Shown one piece after another: positions 56,901-64,000 of a DNA stretch of 64,000 nt (its first letter is position 1; each line of letters starts with the position of its first letter). Source of the stretch: the human T2T-CHM13v2.0 reference genome, Homo sapiens. The stretch lies in the NCBI RefSeq assembly GCF_009914755.1, contig NC_060943.1. One strand, written 5' to 3'. Made by a program: the position numbers and the translations under genes. The notes beneath the pieces were generated by a model. The model was not told the origin of the DNA, ran no database searches, and saw nothing but the letters and a program-made list of their open reading frames with translations.

Positions 56901-58598
56901 ATGTGCCTGAGCTGCAAGCTGCACTCTTTTCTTTGTTTTTCTGGGAGGAAAGTAGAAGAAAGGATAATATAGAGATCATGCCAAGTGGGTTTATAAGATT
57001 GGGTGAGGTATTTGAACTTTTTGATGTAAGTGTCAGGATTGGAGGAAAAGGACCTGAGACAGTTCTTAATTTGGGAAAGGTTGGAGAGGGAGAAGGGAAT
57101 GTGGATGTGAACGAATCCTTTAGCCTCAGCCACCTCTCGGAGGGGAAGTAAGGGGGCCGACTGTTGGGCATGCTGAGTCCGAGAGCAGGTATGAAGTGGA
57201 GATGGGGAGCAATCAGAATCAGAAGTTGGGTGGTTAGGAGAGAGGAGGGGAAAGAGGTAAGGCAGGAGCGGGAGCATATGGTGGAGGATTGTGATGATTT
57301 GGGGGAGGATTATGGTGTTGTCAGAGAGAAGGAAAGTTGGCAGGGTCAAAGAAGGAGGAATTGTCACTAGGAGTGGTGGAGGGGGGTGTTTGAGGATGGG
57401 TCGGGTTTGGAGCAGGCGAGGAGGATTTGGAAAGTAGAGCAGGACTGACAGAGGGAGGGACGGCTACAGAGGGCAAAAAAAAGCCTGAACATAAGGGATC
57501 TCTGACCACTTTCCATTGCGATGGCAGAAGTTGTCTAGGTCCCTGAGAATGTTGAAATTGAAAGTGCCATTTTCAGGCCATTGGGAGCCATTGTCTAGTT
57601 TATATTTTGGCCAGGGAGTGTTACAATAAAAGATGAGGTTTTTTTGGCCAAATTTTGGAACGGAGGATAAGGGCATTAATGTTACAGAGGAGATACCCAA
57701 GGGGCGAGGGGGGGATGTCTTTGAGGGAGTGGATTGGGAGGCTCCCTTAGTGAAATGAGAAAGGGAGGGGTAGAGACAGGAGACTTGGCTAGAATGGTGG
57801 GAGAAGGCATCCCTTGTCCCACGGTTCAAGTCGGAGAAGTGCGATAATCCTCCGTTCAGGCGTCCCCGAAAGGGAGATACCAAGGGCCTAGAGGCCGGGA
57901 GGAGGAAACCCTTGGCCCAGTGCTAGGTCTTTCAGGAAGGAAAGAGTAGACAAGGGTTCCAGACCGAAGGCAAAAGTCTCCTTTACTCACCCCTGAGGTG
58001 GTCCTGGTGTCGGATGTGTTCACCAAGCGATGGAAAGGCTGTATGAGATCCTTGGGTCTCTAGCAGGTTCTGGAAGGGGTAGTTCGGCCGGGGGAAGAAT
58101 GGAGGGAAGGAGAAAGGGAGAAAGGGAGGCCAAACTCTACCACCTTCCTGAGTTTCAGCACCAGAAATGTAAGGTCAGCTGAGAGAAAGGATGAGGAGAC
58201 CCAAAGTCAGACAAGCAAGCTTTATTGAGCTGCTTGGCTGCTCCATCACAGTTAGAGGAGGCAGCCCCACTTACAGACTATAGCAGGGTTTTACAGGGCC
58301 AGAACCAGGTCAGGGTCGGGGAGCTGAGTCGGGGCAGGAGAACTGGGTCCCAGTAGAGGAGCTGAGTTGGGGATGCAGGTGTCTCAACTGCATCCTGGAG
58401 ATGTTTTTTGCCAGCTTTGTTATGCGAGGTTAAGAGATATGTTAACCGCATCCTATAACTGTCTGGACAAACAGATACTGGAGGGCTCAGTGAAGGCAGG
58501 GGTTTGTCTTTTGCCCTGGGGTAGCTGTGTGGAGAGCACAAGGGAGTGTATTGTGAGGCCTGTGGGAGGGGAAGGGTCTGGTCGGGGTGACCCTAACA
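53985..58598 (-). mobile_element. Defective HERV-F-group (HERVFH21/LTR21-like) provirus: 5' LTR 58168-58598, PBS-Phe, gag-pro-pol truncated in RNase H
   Basis: LTR tgttagggtcacc...ccttaca; PBS tggtgctgaaactcagga (58163-58146); splice donor ~57985; gag MA (FYCNTPWPKYKLDNGSQWPENGTFNFN) with start ATG>AAG at 57748; two zinc knuckles ~56230-56350; gag TGA 56132-56134; protease FLINSGAT and PILGRDIL; RT LKDAFF and QYVDD (~55140); RNase H FIDGSS..QKAELIALTRAL. Confidence 0.9.
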
Positions 58599-58855
58599 GG
58601 GAGTTTTTTCAGACCCCCAATTAAACTTATTTAATCTTAAATGGTCCTGTTAAGAATTCCCTCATCATCTTGTCATGCTCCAAGGCAGGCCCAGGAAAGT
58701 CCTAGTGAAAACTCTTGGTGGACTTTTGCGACATTCCACCCTTTGCAAGAGTGCACTGGTTCTCTCAGCTTTTAATATTTAACTTAGCCACTTGGTCAGT
58801 ACTGAAACGGTTGTTGCAGAGGCCCGCCTTAGTTAGTGAGACCTGGCCTGCCACA
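58599..58855 (-). mobile_element. 5' portion of another ERV LTR (family unassigned), host of the HERV-F insertion
   Basis: Minus strand begins tgtggcaggccaggtctcactaac, an LTR-type terminus, and is cut at the HERV-F LTR boundary. Confidence 0.65.
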
Positions 58856-58980
58856 CACACAATGGGGCAATCTCGGCTTGCTGCAACTTCTGCATCCTGG
58901 GCTCAAGTGATTCTCCTGACTGGGCCCCTCCAGTAGCTGGAACTACAGGTGCCCGCCACTGCCCCCAGCTGGAGCTACAC

Positions 58981-61830
58981 TAACTAATGTATAGGAATAG
59001 ATTGAAATAGAGATTTCTCCACAACAGTGCTGGATGAACACCTCAAGGGGATCACACAACCTCTTCCGGGACGTGGTGACCATTGTTTCTGTCCGTGTTC
59101 AACTGAGTTCAAATTTGATATTTAAGTTTTCCTCCACATTCGGCCTCAATTTGATACTCAATTGTAGGAAAATACCCTTACAGATACATGGGGAAGGCAC
59201 AGTTGATATAGATTACAGATACAGGGTAAGCACAGGAGAATTAAAATCACAATTAATAAAAACCACACCCACTATGGCCAATGCCAATGCCAGTTGGATA
59301 GCCAGTCCTTGATGGGGTCCTACTGGTTAGATTCCAACTGTTTTACCTGTTTTTGCATGTCTTGGGCAAGAAGAGTAATACTGTGAGAATTGTCAGGGAT
59401 ATACACACAACATTCAGTATGCAGTAAGGAGCAAAACTCTCCTTGGGCTGCAGTAAGCATATCTAATGTCATTCGATTTTGCAACACAACAGTATGCAGC
59501 TCAGCAAATTCATCGATAACAACATAAATCCAGTGCTACTCTCAAGAGCTTTTTCTACATGGAAACTTAATATTTTAATTTGTTGCTGAAGCAGGATTGT
59601 ACCAGCGGCAGGGGAGAATACTGTGATAGGGTACCACCACCAGGGAGTCTGGCGCATTCACAACCAGCAATGTTTGTAAGCATCTCAATTACTGGGGAGG
59701 GGAATATCATCCCAGATGGTGAATGGAATTAATGGCCACCCCCAATGCATCTTCCTGCCCAGTGTGGGGGCAGGTATCACCATCTGTAGGATCTGCATAC
59801 CCAGAGGGCCCTCCAGGGAACAGCAATGGTTTTACTATAATTATAGTGTATTAAGGTGTTATTAAAGTAGGAAAGAGATTGTGTTTCATTAGGAGCAGTG
59901 TCACTGATTTGGAGTATGTGTTGACAATTGTCTGGAAGGAGAAATGCCAGAGTGCCATTGGAGGAGCCATTCAAGGCCTCCAAACAAAGCGGAGGCTATA
60001 TGGAGTCCAGCCACCAACATGGCAGGCTCTAGGTATATGCCATTCCAGGTATATTGGGCAGAATACCAAGGCTTCTGACATAAGGCAAGGGTGGAGTTAA
60101 TCTTTTGTCCAACTTGAGCAAAGACAGAATGCTTGGTTTGGCCAAAAAAAGTCTGGGTTCGATTGCAAGTGTTGTTGTTGTGGCCTCATTGGTGCCGACA
60201 TAGCATTCAGAAACATCGGCAGGGATGATTCTCCAAGGTAGTCCATTTCCTGTGGCCTCTGGCAATTAGACACATAGCCAGCATTGACTGCGGTTGGCTT
60301 CTGTTGCAGTGGTGGCTACCCAGTTGATGAACTCATTCTTGGCTCAGACATGATAACCCAGGTACTGATTACTAGCAAACAGGTTATCCTCTTTAATAAG
60401 AAAAATGGAGGGGCACATTATATTGTTTTTCCTCTTTAGGAAATTGTACTATGCCTTCATTTTCTGCTCCCATAGCTACAAGGTTACCAGACATAGGGAC
60501 GGGATCTGATGGACACTGTACCCATATTTTGGCTCCAGGATTTAAGCTACTTGTACCAGTGGATCCGAATCCCCCAGTTCCATAAGTAGCCTCTTTTGGG
60601 GCAGAGATTTCCTCAGGGGTTAATTGTTGACAAGGTGTCACTAACAATTGAGAAACCCGCATCTGCAGTTTTATAGCAAAAGAATCTGGAGTGGTATTGT
60701 ATAAAATGACCTTCAACTCTCCCCAGTAATCACTGTCAGTTATGCCCCCATGTACCGTAAGACCCCACATTGCAAGACCTGATCAGGATGTAACCCATCT
60801 GCAGTGTTTGCGAGGTATTATAACTCCTAGGCCTGAGGCCACCATGTATGTACTTTGGGCAGGAATTATCCCAGACTTGAAACTATGTAAGTCCAAGCCA
60901 GTAGCTTCTATTGTACTCTTTCATGGGAGTATAGCCTCCGGGTGGATTTTCTAGAATTTTAGCGAGAGAGGTTGGACTACACTGGCACACTTAGCAATTT
61001 GTAGGTGTGGGGTAAGCATTTGGCTCACTGGGGTTTCAGATGTTGTTAATGGCCAATTGTTTAAATTTTGTAATGTGTCAAACAGGTGATCCTTCCATTT
61101 TTCTAACTTACCTTGCCCTAACACTTTCAACTGTTTGTTCAATAACTCATTCATTCTTTCAGTTAAACCAGCTGCTTGCAGGTGGTAAGGAATATGGGAA
61201 AATCCATTCAATGCCATCTTGGGCTGCAAAGGTTTGTACAGCTTCACCTTTGAAATGGGAGCCATTGTCTGTTTGAATTTGTATGGGCACACCATCATAT
61301 AGAATTAGGATATTTCATGTTTTAATAGTGTTAATTTGGTTAGCATTAGCATAAGCACAGGCTACTAGGAGCCCTAAGTAGGTGTCTACAGCAGTACATA
61401 TATATTGGCACCCTTTAGAAAGTGGCAAGGGACAAATATAGTCCATTTGACAAATTTGTCCTGGCATTTTTCCCCGGTGAATGTGCCCCATAGCCCTTTG
61501 AGGAATTGGCTTGGTTTTTAACTGTTGGCATGTAGTGCATTGGGATAAAATTGTCTGAACTGCATCCTGGGGTAACATCCTTCTTTACACTCCCCAAGCC
61601 ATGGTTCCCTGTACGCCTAGGTGTCCGCACTGGTGATGCACCCATTGTGTGATTGCAGCCCAATCTACTTCTTCCAGGTCTGAGTCGGCAGTAATAGTAG
61701 AAATTTTAGCTTGTTGGTCTGCCTGCTGATTAGTCTGTCAAGAGAAAGCAAAAAGGCATGAACATCAACATGGAAAACAGTGATAATGGTAGTGTGCACC
61801 AGAATCCAGATATCTACCCAGTATTGTTTT
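58981..61830 (-). mobile_element. ERVL-class provirus remnant with integrase, dUTPase and env (HERVL66/LTR66-like); partial 3' LTR 58981-59138
   Basis: IN: GH..CTTC, GQICQMDYICPLP, VDTYLG, HIPYHLQAAGLTERMN. dUTPase motifs ATGLDL, *SGL, GGITDSDYWGE, RVSQL, GTGGFGSTG (~60560-60910). Env: CWLC (~60275), VVLQNRMTLDMLTAAQG, CSLLHTECC (~59406-59490). Purine-rich gaggccgaa precedes LTR start tgtggaggaaaac. Confidence 0.88.
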
Positions 61831-61849
61831 CCCCTGGGGTTTAGGGGGT

Positions 61850-62275
61850 GGAGTGGGGCTAGAAAGTCAGTCCCCTACCTTTGCTAGCTCAGCAACGACA
61901 TCTGCCGCCCCCCGGACCCCTTGCTTACCCTAACAGATCCCCCATCTCCACCGCCTTGGAGGTTGACCTCTTACTTTGCTTTCTGTTTTTCTTCCTTTCT
62001 TGGGCTTGAGCAGGGGGTGCAGGGGCGAGGGTGTGTGTGGGGAAGGGGTGTGGGGTGAGGAGGGAGGGGAGTGTCCTAAGAATCAATTTAGTGTCATGCC
62101 TCTTTCATCACCACCACCACTGAAGATGAAACCAACAATAAACTAAATAACTGCATTCTCATCTATAGCCTTCCACCTGCTTGGGCGGTCCGAACTGGAG
62201 TTGTGATTTTTTTCCCCCTTCGCTCCTGAGGCCTCCCTCTGTAGGAAAGTTTCACCCTGGCTGGGTCTCAACCAG
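61850..62275 (+). other. Degenerate rDNA intergenic-spacer-like sequence (block 2)
   Basis: gtcctaagaatcaatttagtgtcatgcctctttcatcaccaccaccactgaagatga and gcctccctctgtaggaaagtttcaccctggctgggtctc closely resemble recalled human IGS passages. Confidence 0.72.
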
Positions 62276-62559
62276 TGGACTTCGTGGTTTGGGTGAATGA
62301 GGGCAGCACCCCTGCTTGGTGTCCAGCCACTCTGGTTCCCGCCTCCTCCTCCTACACCATGGAGGGCTCATCCTCGGGCTGGGATGGGGTTCTGGGAGCA
62401 TGTTGGGGACAGCTGAGGCAGTCCTTTACCAGGGGTGGCCGCGTGGGCCCAGGGGCGGGGTGGGGGGGGGGCTTTCTGAGTTCCAGATCTCCTCTGCACT
62501 GCGGCAGGGTGTGGGCACACTGGGACTTGGGCCACTCTTGTGCACCCTTCCTCCACTTT

Positions 62560-63620
62560 CTGTTGCCCAGGTCTACCAGGGTGGGGGAAGGGAGCGATGG
62601 GGAGGTCCCGTATGACTTCTGGTCCCAAGTGTCCCACTACCCTCCACCCTCAGCATCCGGCCTGCTGGCCGCTCCTCTGTCAGGTCTCCGGGTCAACTAG
62701 ATGTCGGCCACGAACGCCAGACTTAGCCTCCGGCTCGCCATGTTTGAGGTCGACCAGCAGGCCCTCTCACCGGAGTGAGCTGTAAGGAGGGATGCTCAGT
62801 GAACCAATCAAGACGTGGGCCACGGAGGTCAGCAGGGCTCTGGGCAATTCATGGTCCTGACCTGGCAAGCACCACTCTGGGACCTGAGCGTTGCAAACCC
62901 ATCTACACCCGTCCAACCTGTGTTGGCCGGCGCTCCTCGCTCGCTCAGGCCTCCGGGTTGACAAGAGTTCAGCCGTGAGCGCCTGGTTTAGCCGCCAGCT
63001 TGCAGTGTCGGAGGTCAAACAGCAAGCCCTCCCCCGGAGTAAGCAGTGAGAAGGGAAGCCCGGCGGACCGAGTGCAACACGGGCTGCAGCGGGGAGCTGG
63101 GTTCGGGACGGGTCAGAGTCCTGACCATGCTGGTATGGCTCCAGGCCCTGAGCATCCCACACCCAGCCACCATCGATGGACTGGCCATTCCTCAGTCACT
63201 GAGGCCTCCGGGTCAACCAGATGCCAGCCACGCCTGACTTAGCCGCTGGCTTGCTGTGTCCGAGGTCGACCAGCAGGTCTTCTCATCAGAGCACTGGGGA
63301 GGGAAGCCCACTGGACCAAGTGAGATGCCCTTTGAGGGGTGAGCCAGGCTCAGGATGGGTCAGGGTCTTGAAAGTCCTGGCCCCGAGTGTCCCACACCCG
63401 GCCACCCTCACCCACCAGCTGCTCCTCACTCCCTCGGGCCTCTGGGTCATCACGATGTTGACTGCCAGCACCGTACATGGCCACTGGCTCACCTTGTCTG
63501 AGGTCGACCAGCAGGCCCTTTCACAGGAGCTGCAGTGGGGAGGGAAGCTTGCTCTGGACCCTGTGTGGAACAGCTGTCAGCCGCGGGTGCCATACTTAGC
63601 CACTGGCCCGTGTCTGAGGT
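62560..63620 (+). repeat. ~250-bp GC-rich tandem array (~4 units) of paired Sal-box motifs, rDNA Pol I terminator-like
   Basis: Exact AGGTCGACCAG at 62747, 63263, 63501; degenerate boxes at 62569, 62690, 62955, 63012, 63210, 63444; context (cctccgggtc..gacttagcc..gtgtc.gaggtcgaccagcagg) matches the recalled rDNA terminator repeat. Confidence 0.8.
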
Positions 63621-64000
63621 CATTTTAAGGGCGAGACTCCTGGTCTAACTCAGGTATTGTAAGGGGAGAGACACCTGGCCAACCTCAGGCATTCTAATGG
63701 GAAAGATGCCTGGACCACCACAGCCATTATAAGGGGAGGGTTTCCTAGATGAACTCAGGCATTCTGAAGTGAGAGTCTCCTGGCTGACCTCAGGCATTGA
63801 GTGGTGAGATACCTGGACTACCTCAGAAATTCTAAGGGGAGAGTCTCCTGGTTGACGTCAGGCATTCTAACAGTAGAGACTACTGGCTGACCTCAGGCAT
63901 TCTGTGGGGAGCGACTCCTGGCCAACCTCAAGCATTCTAAGAGGATAGTCTTCTGGCCGACCTCAAGCATTCCAATGGGAGAGACACCAGGCCAGCCTCA
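63615..64000. repeat. 35-bp satellite/minisatellite, ~11 degenerate copies, runs off right edge
   Basis: Consensus ~cctggccgacctcaggcattctaaggggagagact repeated at ~35-bp period. Confidence 0.92.

Noticed and set aside
58146-58163. tRNA-Phe gene
   Set aside because: Only an 18-nt primer-binding site next to an LTR.
59200-60390. Intact (syncytin-like) env gene
   Set aside because: Multiple stops and frameshifts, including a stop two codons after CWLC and a degenerate furin site.
61850-63620. rRNA gene
   Set aside because: Only spacer/terminator-like sequence is seen; no 18S, 5.8S or 28S sequence recognised.
62275-63628. 130-140-aa ORFs in the Sal-box array
   Set aside because: By-products of a GC-rich tandem repeat; no homology or coding signature.
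63615-64000. CRISPR-like array
   Set aside because: Contiguous degenerate 35-bp monomers with no unique spacers, in primate DNA without cas genes.

Overview
Primate (almost certainly human) repeat-dense, pericentromeric-type DNA with no intact protein-coding gene. A CpG-rich bidirectional promoter near 3.0-4.3 kb is built largely from ~135-bp ACRO1-like repeats carrying ZNF143-type motifs; it fits my recollection of the LINC00662 locus next to SLC25A1P5 (chr19q pericentromere), which needs BLAT confirmation. Next come three betaretroviral solo LTRs (MER11, LTR13, LTR5 with an L1 inside), a truncated vomeronasal V1R pseudogene, an Alu-split processed SLC25A1 pseudogene, and nested L1/Alu layers. 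Three defective proviruses follow: HERV-L/MLT2, a HERV-F-type gag-pro-pol with a tRNA-Phe PBS, and an ERVL-type IN-dUTPase element with a gamma-type env. The most striking feature is at 50.6-64 kb. It appears to be a decayed relic of the rDNA intergenic spacer, including a ~250-bp tandem array of paired Pol I terminator (Sal-box, AGGTCGACCAG) motifs. This array abuts a 35-bp satellite whose monomers carry an inverted Sal-box-like core. Family names are from recognition, not database searches.
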